Shown here one piece after another: positions 38,891-48,718 of a stretch of DNA of 62,738 bases. Positions within the stretch are counted from its first letter, which is position 1. Every line of letters starts with the position of its first letter. The notes below the pieces were generated by a model. The model had not been told where the DNA came from. It was given only the letters and a program-made list of their open reading frames with translations, and did no database searches. The translations under genes and the position numbers were made by a program. This DNA comes from an uncultured Rhodospirillaceae bacterium (GTDB lineage: Bacteria; Pseudomonadota; Alphaproteobacteria; JAEUKQ01), in contig CAYPXH010000005.1 in assembly GCA_964414755.1 (NCBI GenBank), forward strand, positions 1 through 62,738, given 5' to 3'.

Positions 38891-40360
38891 ATGAGTGAAA
38901 TTCTTGCTTTAGGCTTGTTTGCTTCAACAATCTTGGTGGTTTTATTGGGGTTTCCCATTGCTTTCTCACTGGCGGGTATTTCTCTTATCTTTGCATTTAT
39001 TGGCAACATCCTTGGTCAATTTGATTTTTCGTTATTTACCGCCTTAGTATCACGCTACAGTTACCAAATGATTAATGAGACATTTGTTGCAGTCCCATTA
39101 TTTATTTTTATGGGTGTTATGCTAGAAAAATCAAAAATTGCCGAAAATCTGTTGCAGACAATGGGACAATTATTTGGTAGCCTTAGAGGAGGACTTGGTT
39201 TTTCAGTTGTCATTGTTGGTGCATTGTTGGCAGCATCAACAGGTATTGTTGGGGCAACTGTTGTTACCATGGGTCTTCTAAGTTTGCCCGCCATGTTAAA
39301 GGCTAAATATGACCCAAAACTTGCAACGGGTATTATTTGTGCATCAGGCACGTTAGGGCAAATTATCCCACCTTCAACGGTATTAATCTTTATGGCTGAT
39401 TTTATCCAAACAGCCAATTCGACAGCGCAAGCCAATAAAGGCAATCTAACCCCGGAACCAGTTTCGGTTGGCGATTTGTTTGTTGGCGCAATAATTCCAG
39501 GATTTTTATTGGTTGGTTTTTATATGCTTTGGGTCTTGTATAAATCTGTATTCCACCCAGATTCTGCACCTGCATTAATTGTTACAAAAGAAGAACGTAA
39601 AAACTTGCCACGACAAGTTATAAAGGCAATTATACCGCCTCTTCTATTAATTATTGCTGTTTTAGGCTCAATAATTATGGGTTTTGCTACACCAACCGAA
39701 TCTGCTTCGGTAGGAGCAATAGGTGCAGTTTTACTTGCATTGTTGAAAAAGCAATTTAGTTGGTCGATGTTACGCCAAACAACGCGCCAGACGCTTAAAA
39801 TTAGCTCTATGGTTTTTGTTATTTTGTTGGGTGCATCGGTTTTTTCACTAGTCTTTCGTGGATTGCAAGGTGAAGTAATAGTTGAGGATTTTTTGTCGGC
39901 ACTTCCCGGTGGTAAGTATGGTGCTATTTTTGCCGTGATGCTGTTGATGTTTTTATTAGGCTTTTTTTTAGATACATTTGAGATTATTTTTATTGTTGTT
40001 CCTATTACAGCCCCTATTTTATTGGCTTTTGATGGCGTTAGTCCTGTTTGGCTAGGCGTTATTATGGCAGTGAATTTACAGACCAGCTTTCTAACACCGC
40101 CTTTTGGATTTTCGTTGTTTTACCTACGTGGTGTTGCCCCTAAATCTGTAAAGACATCTGATATTTACCGTGGTATAATACCGTTCGTATCATTGCAGGT
40201 TGTAGCAATTATATTCCTTGTTGCATTTCCTGAGCTGACAACCTGGCTGCCAGATATCGTCTACCGTGAGGAGTATATCGCACCAGAATTAGACCAAAGC
40301 AGGGATATTATGTTCCCTGGGGATGATTTGTTAAATGACAATTTAATACCGGATTTTTAA
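38891..40360 (+). CDS. TRAP transporter large permease (DctM/FcbT3-like)
   Basis: 489 aa polytopic membrane protein. Starts 2 nt after the small-permease stop. Confidence 0.85.
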   Translation: MSEILALGLFASTILVVLLGFPIAFSLAGISLIFAFIGNILGQFDFSLFTALVSRYSYQMINETFVAVPLFIFMGVMLEKSKIAENLLQTMGQLFGSLRGGLGFSVVIVGALLAASTGIVGATVVTMGLLSLPAMLKAKYDPKLATGIICASGTLGQIIPPSTVLIFMADFIQTANSTAQANKGNLTPEPVSVGDLFVGAIIPGFLLVGFYMLWVLYKSVFHPDSAPALIVTKEERKNLPRQVIKAIIPPLLLIIAVLGSIIMGFATPTESASVGAIGAVLLALLKKQFSWSMLRQTTRQTLKISSMVFVILLGASVFSLVFRGLQGEVIVEDFLSALPGGKYGAIFAVMLLMFLLGFFLDTFEIIFIVVPITAPILLAFDGVSPVWLGVIMAVNLQTSFLTPPFGFSLFYLRGVAPKSVKTSDIYRGIIPFVSLQVVAIIFLVAFPELTTWLPDIVYREEYIAPELDQSRDIMFPGDDLLNDNLIPDF

Positions 40361-40366
40361 AATAAC

Positions 40367-40402
40367 AAAAGGCCATAACTTATCAGAGTAATGGCCTTTT
40401 TT
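40367..40402. terminator. Bidirectional terminator between the TRAP permease and binding-protein genes
   Basis: AAAAGGCCAT / ATGGCCTTTT 10-bp stem (40367..40376 / 40391..40400) with a 14-nt loop. Confidence 0.65.
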
Positions 40403-40420
40403 AATCGATTTTTTGTTAAA

Positions 40421-41530
40421 CTATCCAGGATATTTAAAGTTCAAGGAACGGGCGTTAACAAAAGCTTGATCACTGATTTGTGTCCAACGGCGGATATTTG
40501 TACGGAATTTAACAAAGTTTGTAGCAATATTTTTGGTTTTGGTGTCGCCTTTATCAAGCAGTTCTTGCATCACTTCACCAGAGGCGTTTCCAATACCTTC
40601 CAGAACATCGCGGGGCAGTTGCTTTAACTGAACACCATGTTGGCGAATAAGTGTTTCAAGAGCCTCGCCATTGCGTGCATTAAACTCGGCTAACATCGCA
40701 TCATTTTCTGCGTGGCAGCAATTGACGATAAGTTCCTGTAAATCTTTTGGTAATGAACTTAACTTCGATTTATTAATCATACACTCAAGGCCTGCACCGG
40801 GTTCATGAAAACCAGGCCAATAGTAAAATTTGGTTACTTTATAAAACCCTAAAGCTAAATCATTGTATGGGCCAACCCATTCAGCGCCGTCGATAGCGCC
40901 GGATTGTAGATTTGCAAAAATCTCACCCCCGGCAACGTTAACAACGGTTACGCCTAACTTGCGTAAAACGTCACCACCTTGTCCCGGCATGCGAAATTTA
41001 AGACCTTTCATATCATCTAATGATTTTATTTCTTTACGGTACCATCCCGCCATCTGTACACCGGTGTTTCCAGCCAAATAAGCCTGAATACCAAAATCAT
41101 TGTATAAATTATCCCATAATTCCTGACCACCCCCGAAATAAACCCAGGCATTTAATTCGGCTGCGTTTAATCCAAACGGCACTGCTGTAAAAAAAGCTGT
41201 CCCAAGGGATTTACTTAAATGATAATATGAGGCATCGTGCGCCATTTCTGCCGTTCCATTAGCAACAGCATCAAAGCATTGCAAAGCAGGTACCAATTCA
41301 CCGGCCGAGTACACTTTAATATTTAGTCTACCACCGCTTAAATCTGTAATGCGTTTTGCAAGTCGTTCGGCACCGGTGCCAAGCCCCGGTAGTCCTTTTG
41401 GCCAACTTGTAACCATTTTCCATTCAAGCCTACTTTGTGCTAAGGCTGGTTTAGCTATGGTTGAAACAGCAGCAGCTGCAGATGCAGCAGCAGCACCGGC
41501 AATTAAATCCCTTCTATTAAGTTTTTTCAT
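40421..41530 (-). CDS. TRAP transporter periplasmic solute-binding protein (DctP/FcbT1-like) with twin-arginine signal
   Basis: 369 aa with N-terminus MKKLNRRDLIAGAAAASAAAAVSTIAKPALA (Tat-like RRDLI) and DctP-family blocks (KGLKFR, GAIDGAEW). Confidence 0.82.
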   Translation of the reverse strand: MKKLNRRDLIAGAAAASAAAAVSTIAKPALAQSRLEWKMVTSWPKGLPGLGTGAERLAKRITDLSGGRLNIKVYSAGELVPALQCFDAVANGTAEMAHDASYYHLSKSLGTAFFTAVPFGLNAAELNAWVYFGGGQELWDNLYNDFGIQAYLAGNTGVQMAGWYRKEIKSLDDMKGLKFRMPGQGGDVLRKLGVTVVNVAGGEIFANLQSGAIDGAEWVGPYNDLALGFYKVTKFYYWPGFHEPGAGLECMINKSKLSSLPKDLQELIVNCCHAENDAMLAEFNARNGEALETLIRQHGVQLKQLPRDVLEGIGNASGEVMQELLDKGDTKTKNIATNFVKFRTNIRRWTQISDQAFVNARSLNFKYPG

Positions 41531-41649
41531 TATTCAATCCTTTCCTAAACGTCTAAAACCTATTTGGATTCAAGCAATCAGTAATAAAGAATTTGTATAA
41601 ACTTTATATAAAACAAAATAAAGATTAAATCTATCTGCAGGTTTATATA

Positions 41650-42399
41650 TTAAATTTTATGCTTTGAAACATCTTGCCAACCTGTTCTAGGATCATAGGA
41701 TTGGCATGGGTTAAAGTTTAATTTGTAAGCCATACGGGGGTTTTCTTTAATTGTATAACCAAGATAGAAATATGGTTTTTGTTGTTCTTGCAGAATTTTA
41801 ATACCCATCAGAATCATCAATGTGCCAAGACTAAGTTGTTTAAAATCTGGGTCGTAGAAACTATAAACAGCCGAAAAACCATCAGCAAGAACATCAACAA
41901 TCATACAGCCCAAGATTTTTTCTTGACACTTATATTCTATAATTCTGCTTACGACTGGTGAATTTTCAATCCAATCACTATACGCATGATATGAAAGATT
42001 GCCTATTTTTTGTTGATGTCGAACTTGTAAGTATTTAATAAACAGCTGGTAGTGTATGTCATTGGCAACGGGCTCAATTATACTAAATCTTATGAAATGG
42101 TTCTTTTGTATAATACGTTTTTGTGATTGTGATGGTACAAAATGATCAACCAATATACGTGTTGCTAGGCATTTTTGGCATCGATCACACATTGGTTTAT
42201 AAGCATTGTTGCCATTCCGTCTAAAACCAAGCTGGCAAAGATTTTCGTACAAAGGTTGTGATATAGTGGAAGGTAAAGATTCTTGTAATAAAGATATAAT
42301 CAAATCTTTCTCCATACGCTGTGGTAGGTATGGGCAGGGGTGCTGATCGCTTAATCGAACACTAAATCCTGTCGATAATTTTTGATATTCTATACTCAT
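41650..42399 (-). CDS. bpt: Arginyl/leucyl-tRNA--protein transferase (bacterial ATE/Bpt family, N-end rule)
   Basis: 249 aa with CPYLP, FRRNGN and C..C..C blocks, plus the C-terminal acyltransferase fold motif SAVYSFYDP. Confidence 0.8.
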   Translation of the reverse strand: MSIEYQKLSTGFSVRLSDQHPCPYLPQRMEKDLIISLLQESLPSTISQPLYENLCQLGFRRNGNNAYKPMCDRCQKCLATRILVDHFVPSQSQKRIIQKNHFIRFSIIEPVANDIHYQLFIKYLQVRHQQKIGNLSYHAYSDWIENSPVVSRIIEYKCQEKILGCMIVDVLADGFSAVYSFYDPDFKQLSLGTLMILMGIKILQEQQKPYFYLGYTIKENPRMAYKLNFNPCQSYDPRTGWQDVSKHKI

Positions 42400-42497
42400 T
42401 CTTTTGTATTTTTATATTTTATTATTCGGTCATTTGCTACTTGATCAGGCATCGATATAAAATTTAACTGTTGTTTGTAAAGACAAGCATAAAAAAC

Positions 42498-42526
42498 TTG
42501 CCAATTGCTTATCCAAGTTGTATCAA
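42498..42526 (+). promoter_or_regulatory. Putative sigma-70 promoter of rpsB-tsf
   Basis: TTGCCA (42498..42503), a 17-nt spacer, then TATCAA (42521..42526). Confidence 0.4.
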
Positions 42527-42532
42527 CTTACA

Positions 42533-42675
42533 CAAATTGTGGCAGTGTGCCACAATAAATATAGTAAATATTATAAATTCACACGCAAAATTGCTTTATT
42601 GTTTAGAGCAATCTCCGGTGCTGAAGAATCTTCAGCTCCATTTGCGGCGGATTAACCGGAAAGAAAGGAATAAAC
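42533..42675 (+). promoter_or_regulatory. Structured 5' leader of rpsB (candidate ribosomal-protein S2 autoregulatory element)
   Basis: Four helices: a 9-bp hairpin ATTGTGGCA-GTG-TGCCACAAT (42536..42556); a 6-bp hairpin ATTGCT/AGCAAT (42590..42612); a 7-bp hairpin GCTGAAG-AAT-CTTCAGC (42620..42636); and an enclosing TCCGGT/ACCGGA helix (42614..42619 / 42655..42660) that ends just 5' of the SD. Confidence 0.45.
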
Positions 42676-43473
42676 ATGTCTTCTATAAATACAAACTTTA
42701 GCTTGCGTCAGCTACTTGAAGCGGGTGTTCATTTTGGCCACCATCGTCGGCGTTGGAATCCCAAGATGTCGTCGTATCTTTATGGTGTGCGCAATGACAT
42801 ACATATTATTGATTTAACAAAAACAGTGCCATTACTTCATGAAGCCTTAACAGCTATGAAATCTGTTGTATCTGATGGCGGTCGTTTGTTGTTTGTAGGT
42901 ACTAAAAAACAAGCTTCCGATAAAGTGGCCGAATCGGCCAAAAAATGTGGTCAGTACTATGTTAACCATCGCTGGTTAGGTGGTATGCTTTCTAACTGGA
43001 AAACGATCTCGAATTCAATTAAGCATTTGCGCGATCTTGAAGAAAAGCTTGCTGGTGATCATACTGGTTTTACGAAAAAGGAATTGCTGCAATTAACACG
43101 CGAACGTGACAAGCTTGAGCGTACTCTTGGCGGTATTAAAGAAATGGGTGGGCAGCCCAGTATGTTGTTCGTTATCGATACTATTAAGGAACATATTGCC
43201 ATTTTAGAAGCCCGCAAACTAAAGATCCCTGTTGTTGCAATTGTTGACAGTAATTCTGACCCGCAATTGGTTGATTATCCAATTCCCGGCAATGATGACG
43301 CAACCCGAGCAATAGCTTTATATTGTGATTTAGTAGCATCTACTGTACTTGAAGGGCTTGAACAAGAGGCGGTTGCACAAGGCAAGGACATCGGTGCGTC
43401 TGAGAATGGAATAATGAGTGAAATGGGTGCGGCTTCAGAAAGTAATGAGATTGCTTCTGAAAAATCCAACTAG
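42676..43473 (+). CDS. rpsB: 30S ribosomal protein S2
   Basis: 265 aa with [17 protein letters not shown] and an acidic C-terminal tail. Confidence 0.96.
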   Translation: MSSINTNFSLRQLLEAGVHFGHHRRRWNPKMSSYLYGVRNDIHIIDLTKTVPLLHEALTAMKSVVSDGGRLLFVGTKKQASDKVAESAKKCGQYYVNHRWLGGMLSNWKTISNSIKHLRDLEEKLAGDHTGFTKKELLQLTRERDKLERTLGGIKEMGGQPSMLFVIDTIKEHIAILEARKLKIPVVAIVDSNSDPQLVDYPIPGNDDATRAIALYCDLVASTVLEGLEQEAVAQGKDIGASENGIMSEMGAASESNEIASEKSN

Positions 43474-43530
43474 TTCAATCAATTTAAATAGAAATATTTA
43501 GTTTTTACCTAACGGGTTAGGAGATATAAG

Positions 43531-44454
43531 ATGGCAGAAATTTCGCCGGCTCTTGTAAAACAGCTTCGTGAAGTTACAGGCGCTGGGATGATGGATTGTA
43601 AGAAAGCATTAGCTGAAACCGGTGCTAATCTTGAACAGGCGCAAGATTGGTTAAGAAAAAAGGGACTTGTCGCAGCTGCTAAAAAGGCAAGCCGTGTTGC
43701 TTCCGAGGGGCTTGTTGGCCTTGCTGTTGATGGGGCTAAGGGTGTTGTTGTTGAGGTCAACAGTGAAACCGACTTTGTCGCCAGAAATAATGATTTCCAA
43801 CAATTTGTTACACATGTGACTAAGTTGGCTTTATCCTCTAGTGACATCGAACAATTAAAGCAGGCAAAATATCCTCAATCAAAAGATAATGTTGCTAATG
43901 TTCTCACAGCTTTGGTTGCCAAGATTGGCGAAAATATTTCTTTGCGGCGGCAACAATCTTTGTCAGTTAAAAAAGGTATTGTAGCAAGTTATGTGCACGC
44001 ATCACAAGCAGCGGGTTTAGGAAAAATAGGGGTGTTGTTGGGCATTGAATCAGCGGCACCAGCAAAAGATCTTAAAGAACTTGGTGATAATATAGCAATG
44101 CATATAGCTGCGATGAAGCCAGTCTCTGTTGAAATAGCCAGTCTTGATAAAACATTGGTCGAACGTGAGCGCGCAATTTTGCTTGAGCAAGCTAAAAACT
44201 CTGGGCAAACCGGTGATATCTTAAATAAAGTGGTCGAAGGACGTTTGCGTAAGTTTTATGAAGATGCAGTTTTGCTTGAACAGGTTTACGTTGTTGATGG
44301 TAAAACAAAGATTTCCAAATTGCTTGAAGATTTGGCAGCAAAGTTAAAAACGCCTGTCAAGATCACTGGGTTTATTCGGATGGCACTTGGTGAAGGAATT
44401 GAAAAAGAAGATAAGGATTTTGCGGCCGAAGTAGCGGCGCAGCTTGGCAGATAA
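43531..44454 (+). CDS. tsf: Elongation factor Ts
   Basis: 307 aa with ISPALVKQLREVTGAGMMDCKKAL. Confidence 0.96.
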   Translation: MAEISPALVKQLREVTGAGMMDCKKALAETGANLEQAQDWLRKKGLVAAAKKASRVASEGLVGLAVDGAKGVVVEVNSETDFVARNNDFQQFVTHVTKLALSSSDIEQLKQAKYPQSKDNVANVLTALVAKIGENISLRRQQSLSVKKGIVASYVHASQAAGLGKIGVLLGIESAAPAKDLKELGDNIAMHIAAMKPVSVEIASLDKTLVERERAILLEQAKNSGQTGDILNKVVEGRLRKFYEDAVLLEQVYVVDGKTKISKLLEDLAAKLKTPVKITGFIRMALGEGIEKEDKDFAAEVAAQLGR

Positions 44455-44483
44455 TTCTTTATGTTCGAGGAAGGGATTAATCA

Positions 44484-45200
44484 ATGGCTGCAACTCTATA
44501 CAAAAGGGTTCTTCTAAAAATTTCAGGTGAAGCCTTAATGGCCGAGAGGGAATTTGGTCTTGATCCTGATACGGTTAATCGACTGGCTGCTGAGATTAAG
44601 GCCGTACATCAGCTTGGTGTTGAAGTTTGCCTTGTCATCGGTGGCGGCAACATTTTTCGCGGTGTTGCAGGTGCAGCACAGGGTATGCAACGTGCTTCTG
44701 CTGATTACATGGGGATGTTGGCAACAGTCATTAATGCGTTAGCTATGCAAAATGCGCTAGAGCAGATTGGTGTTCAAACGCGGGTGCAGTCGGCTATTCC
44801 TATGGCAACTGTTTGTGAACCATACATTCGTCGGCGGGCACAGCGTCATATGGAAAAGGGTCGTGTTGTAATTTTTGCGGCAGGCACAGGTAACCCTTTC
44901 TTCACAACTGATACTGCTGCAGCCCTAAGAGCTTCAGAAATGGGATGTGAAGCTTTGCTAAAAGGCACTAAGGTAGATGGGGTTTATAGCGCTGATCCAA
45001 AGACAAATGCTAAGGCTACAAGATATCAGCGTTTGACGCATCTTGATGTTTTGTCACAGGATCTGAAAGTAATGGATGCGGCCGCTATTGCTTTGGCGCG
45101 CGAGAACAATATACCAATTATTGTTTTTTCCATTCATCAACCCGGTGCTTTTGCACAGGTATTGGCAGGTAAAGGAACTTATACTATTATTGCGGATTAG
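44484..45200 (+). CDS. pyrH: UMP kinase
   Basis: 238 aa with [13 protein letters not shown] and [10 protein letters not shown]. Confidence 0.95.
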   Translation: MAATLYKRVLLKISGEALMAEREFGLDPDTVNRLAAEIKAVHQLGVEVCLVIGGGNIFRGVAGAAQGMQRASADYMGMLATVINALAMQNALEQIGVQTRVQSAIPMATVCEPYIRRRAQRHMEKGRVVIFAAGTGNPFFTTDTAAALRASEMGCEALLKGTKVDGVYSADPKTNAKATRYQRLTHLDVLSQDLKVMDAAAIALARENNIPIIVFSIHQPGAFAQVLAGKGTYTIIAD

Positions 45201-45228
45201 TTAAACTTACAACAAGGGTAATATAAAT

Positions 45229-45786
45229 ATGGTTAAGGAATTGTTTGATGACCTAAAGCGCCGCATGGAAGGCGCCGTTGAAGCATTAAAGCGTGAATTT
45301 GCCGGTCTTCGTACTGGGCGTGCATCTGCCAATCTACTGAATGGGGTGGTTGTAAATGCTTATGGTAATAAAACTCCTTTACTTCAAGTAGGTACGGTTT
45401 CTGTTCCTGAACCAAGAATGATTACCGTGCAGGTTTGGGATAAATCTTTGGTAACAGCCGTAGAAAAATCTATCCGTGAGGCAGGTCTTGGCTTGAATCC
45501 AGCTGCAGATGGACAGTTTGTTAGAGTACCCATACCTGAATTAAGCCAAGAGCGGCGTCTTGAACTGATTAAGGTCGCACATAAATATGCTGAACAGACC
45601 AAGGTTGCTATTCGTAATGTGCGTCGTGACGGTATAGAAGGACTTAAGAAAATTGAAAAAGATGGTGGTTTGTCTAAGGATGAACATCGTCAGCGCAGTG
45701 AACAAGTTCAGAAACTTACCGATGATTATATTAAAAAAGTTGATGATTTGTTGCAGTTGAAAGAAAAAGAGATTCAACAAATCTAA
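45229..45786 (+). CDS. frr: Ribosome recycling factor
   Basis: 185 aa with [12 protein letters not shown] and IRNVRRD. Confidence 0.95.
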   Translation: MVKELFDDLKRRMEGAVEALKREFAGLRTGRASANLLNGVVVNAYGNKTPLLQVGTVSVPEPRMITVQVWDKSLVTAVEKSIREAGLGLNPAADGQFVRVPIPELSQERRLELIKVAHKYAEQTKVAIRNVRRDGIEGLKKIEKDGGLSKDEHRQRSEQVQKLTDDYIKKVDDLLQLKEKEIQQI

Positions 45787-45804
45787 AATATAGCGGGTGT
45801 TATA

Positions 45805-46533
45805 TTGTCTAGCAAACGGCAGGGTTTTACACCCCAGCATGTTGCGGTTATTATGGATGGTAATGGCCGTTGGGCTAAGGCAAGAAACTTACCAAGGATT
45901 GCAGGACACCAGCAAGGCGCCCATGCAGCACGTGAATGTATTATTGCCGCTATTGATCAGCAAGTGCGCTATTTAACATTATTTGGTTTTTCAGCTGAAA
46001 ATTGGAAAAGGCCAGCCTCAGAGATTAAAGATTTAATGAGTTTATTGGCTTTTTATTTAAATAGCGAAAGACAATTGCTTCTAGAAAAAAACGTGCGTTT
46101 TCGGGTAATTGGCGAGCGTGAAAAGCTTGAACCTGATCTTAATAATCAAATTAATCTCTTGGAAGAAGAAACAAAAAATAACACAAGTTTAGATTTAATT
46201 TTGGCAATTAGTTATGGTTCAAGGCAAGAAATAATTCGTGCTGCCCAAAAATTGATCGAATACAATAAAATAACATCGCTATATAAGGATAATCTATTCA
46301 CGGAAAAAGATTTTACGCGGTTTTTATGGACTTCTGACATCCCTGATCCAGATCTCATTATCAGAACAAGTGGTGAGCAACGTTTAAGTAATTTTTTGCT
46401 GTGGCAGTCGGCTTATGCTGAGTTGCTGTTTTTAGATGTTTTGTGGCCAGATTTTACAAGAAAGGATTTTGCAGCATCAATCGATGTTTTTCAAAAACGC
46501 CAGCGTCGCTATGGGATGGTTGATTATGAATAA
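45805..46533 (+). CDS. uppS: Undecaprenyl diphosphate synthase
   Basis: 242 aa with a TTG start, plus HVAVIMDGNGRWA, FSAENW and RTSGEQRLSNFLLWQ. Confidence 0.93.
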   Translation: MSSKRQGFTPQHVAVIMDGNGRWAKARNLPRIAGHQQGAHAARECIIAAIDQQVRYLTLFGFSAENWKRPASEIKDLMSLLAFYLNSERQLLLEKNVRFRVIGEREKLEPDLNNQINLLEEETKNNTSLDLILAISYGSRQEIIRAAQKLIEYNKITSLYKDNLFTEKDFTRFLWTSDIPDPDLIIRTSGEQRLSNFLLWQSAYAELLFLDVLWPDFTRKDFAASIDVFQKRQRRYGMVDYE

Positions 46534-47491
46534 CATGGTCAAAAGAATTTACTCGGCGCTGATTTTAATTCCTGTTGTCGTATGTGCAACGATTTTTGGT
46601 ATGCCCTGGTTTGACATTTTGTTTGGGGTTGTAGCTTTATTTGCTATAACCGAGTGGTTTATCATCCCACAAAAAGCCTATGTAACAAATACCTTATCTA
46701 CAAATGAATTTAGAATTCAAAATATTGCTGAGAACGACCGACACCAGGCATATATTTCTACTTTTCAGCTGATAAAACCGTGGCTCAAAATATTATTAAC
46801 TGGTCTTACAGTACTTTTTTTAATTGTATTAGGATTGTTTTATCATCAATACATTAAGCCAGATACAACAAGCTTTATACCTAGTTTATCTGAGGGGTTG
46901 CGGCAGATATTTCAACCATACATGTATTTATTGGCTGCTTTTATATTGATGTTGGTTGTAACTGTTGCCGTAATGGCCAAGGCACAAGCTATATTTTTAT
47001 GTTTTTTAGGGTTTATTTATATATCAGGTGCCTATTTTGCCATTTTATGGCTGCGCTATCAAAGCGAAGACGGCATATATTATGTTCTGTGGCTTTTTTT
47101 AAGTGTTTGGGCAACAGATATCTTTGCAATGATTATAGGTAAAAATTTACAAGGTCCTAAATTAGCGCCTAAGATTAGTCCCAATAAAACTTGGTCAGGG
47201 CTTATTGGTGGTATACTTGCCTCGGCACTTGTTTCAGGTGTATTTGCGTATTGTCTTAAAAGTCCTTACCCGCTTATGTTTATAATTTGGGGTGCTTTAT
47301 TCGCTGTAATTGAACAAATTGGCGATTTAATCGAATCAGCATACAAAAGAGCCTTTAAGGTTAAGGATAGTGGCCAGTTAATTCCAGGTCATGGTGGTGT
47401 TTTGGACCGTATTGATGGGTTGCTTTTATTAAGTATTGTTATGGCGATTATTATTGATCTATCAGATATTTCCTGGTGGAGGGTTGAATGA
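46526..47491 (+). CDS. cdsA: Phosphatidate cytidylyltransferase
   Basis: Start set at ATG 46526 (MNNMVKRIYSALILIP), overlapping the uppS stop by 8 nt. Signature SAYKRAFKVKDSGQLIPGHGGVLDRIDG. The ORF-track start at 46436 lies inside uppS. Confidence 0.88.
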   Translation: MNNMVKRIYSALILIPVVVCATIFGMPWFDILFGVVALFAITEWFIIPQKAYVTNTLSTNEFRIQNIAENDRHQAYISTFQLIKPWLKILLTGLTVLFLIVLGLFYHQYIKPDTTSFIPSLSEGLRQIFQPYMYLLAAFILMLVVTVAVMAKAQAIFLCFLGFIYISGAYFAILWLRYQSEDGIYYVLWLFLSVWATDIFAMIIGKNLQGPKLAPKISPNKTWSGLIGGILASALVSGVFAYCLKSPYPLMFIIWGALFAVIEQIGDLIESAYKRAFKVKDSGQLIPGHGGVLDRIDGLLLLSIVMAIIIDLSDISWWRVE

Positions 47492-48690
47492 AATTATCAG
47501 AAAATAATTCTAAAACTACACCTAAGCGTGTTACAATTCTTGGCTCAACTGGTTCGGTTGGTTGTAGCACGGTTGATTTGATTGAACGAATGCCGGAACA
47601 GTTTCCTGTTCAGGCATTGGTGGCAAATAAAAACTGGCAGTTATTAGCTAAGCAGGCAATAAAATTGAAGCCAAAACGTGTGGTTTTAGCCGATCATTCT
47701 GGTTATAATGATATAAAGAAAGCCTTAGGGGGAACAGGGATAAATGTCGCTGCCGGATATGATGCAGTTGTTGAGGCTGCGGCTGAGCCAACGGATTGGA
47801 CAATGGCCGCAATTGTTGGTGCAGCAGGACTAAAGCCTACTATAACCGCTATTAAACAAGGTAAAGTTGTTGCTTTGGCTAATAAAGAGTCGTTGGTTTG
47901 CGGGGGCGCTTTGTTGATGAACCTTGTGAAAGCGCATAACGCAACTTTATTACCTGTTGATTCTGAACATAGTGCTATATTTCAGGTTTTTGAGGAAGAG
48001 CATCCTAAGGCAATCGAAAAGATTATTTTAACTGCTTCAGGGGGGCCTTTTCGTAAGTGGACTGCTGAAAATATGGCTTTGGTTACACCGGAACAAGCTG
48101 TTGCGCATCCAAACTGGTCAATGGGTGCCAAGATATCAGTTGATTCAGCAAGCATGATGAACAAGGGGCTTGAATTAATTGAAGCACATCACCTTTTTGG
48201 AATGCCCGAGCAACAGATTGATATCGTTGTTCATCCACAATCAATTATTCATAGTTTAGTTAGTTATGTTGATGGTTCGGTTTTAGCACAACTTGGTTCG
48301 CCTGATATGCGGACGCCAATAGCTTATGCACTTAGTTGGCCAACAAGATTATCAACCTCAGTTAAAAGACTTAATCTTATTGAAGTTTCATCGATGACTT
48401 TTGAAGCACCTGATGTAAAAAGGTTTCCATGCCTTTCCTTGGCACGTCAGGTCACAAGACTTGGCGAAGGTGCCTCGACAGCTTTAAATGCTGCTAACGA
48501 GGTAGCTGTTCAATATTTTCTGGCTAGAAAAATTGGTTTTTTAACTATACCAGCAATTATTGAAAAGACCCTTGATCAAATGTCCAATCTAAATGTTAAA
48601 AATTTTGATGATATATTTGATATAGATCGTATAGCTCGGATAAAAGCTACAGAGATTGCTAGCCATAAAATTTTGAACCAAAAATATTAA
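47488..48690 (+). CDS. dxr: 1-deoxy-D-xylulose 5-phosphate reductoisomerase
   Basis: 400 aa with ILGSTGSVG, LANKESLV, DSEHSAIFQ and NKGLE. Confidence 0.95.
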   Translation: MKLSENNSKTTPKRVTILGSTGSVGCSTVDLIERMPEQFPVQALVANKNWQLLAKQAIKLKPKRVVLADHSGYNDIKKALGGTGINVAAGYDAVVEAAAEPTDWTMAAIVGAAGLKPTITAIKQGKVVALANKESLVCGGALLMNLVKAHNATLLPVDSEHSAIFQVFEEEHPKAIEKIILTASGGPFRKWTAENMALVTPEQAVAHPNWSMGAKISVDSASMMNKGLELIEAHHLFGMPEQQIDIVVHPQSIIHSLVSYVDGSVLAQLGSPDMRTPIAYALSWPTRLSTSVKRLNLIEVSSMTFEAPDVKRFPCLSLARQVTRLGEGASTALNAANEVAVQYFLARKIGFLTIPAIIEKTLDQMSNLNVKNFDDIFDIDRIARIKATEIASHKILNQKY

Positions 48691-48718
48691 TTAAAAATTA
48701 GCATAATAGTCTTATCAG

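Noticed and set aside
42471-42701. 76-aa ORF overlapping the rpsB leader and start.
   Set aside because: It begins inside the predicted promoter, runs into rpsB out of frame, and has no SD. The region is better explained as a structured leader.
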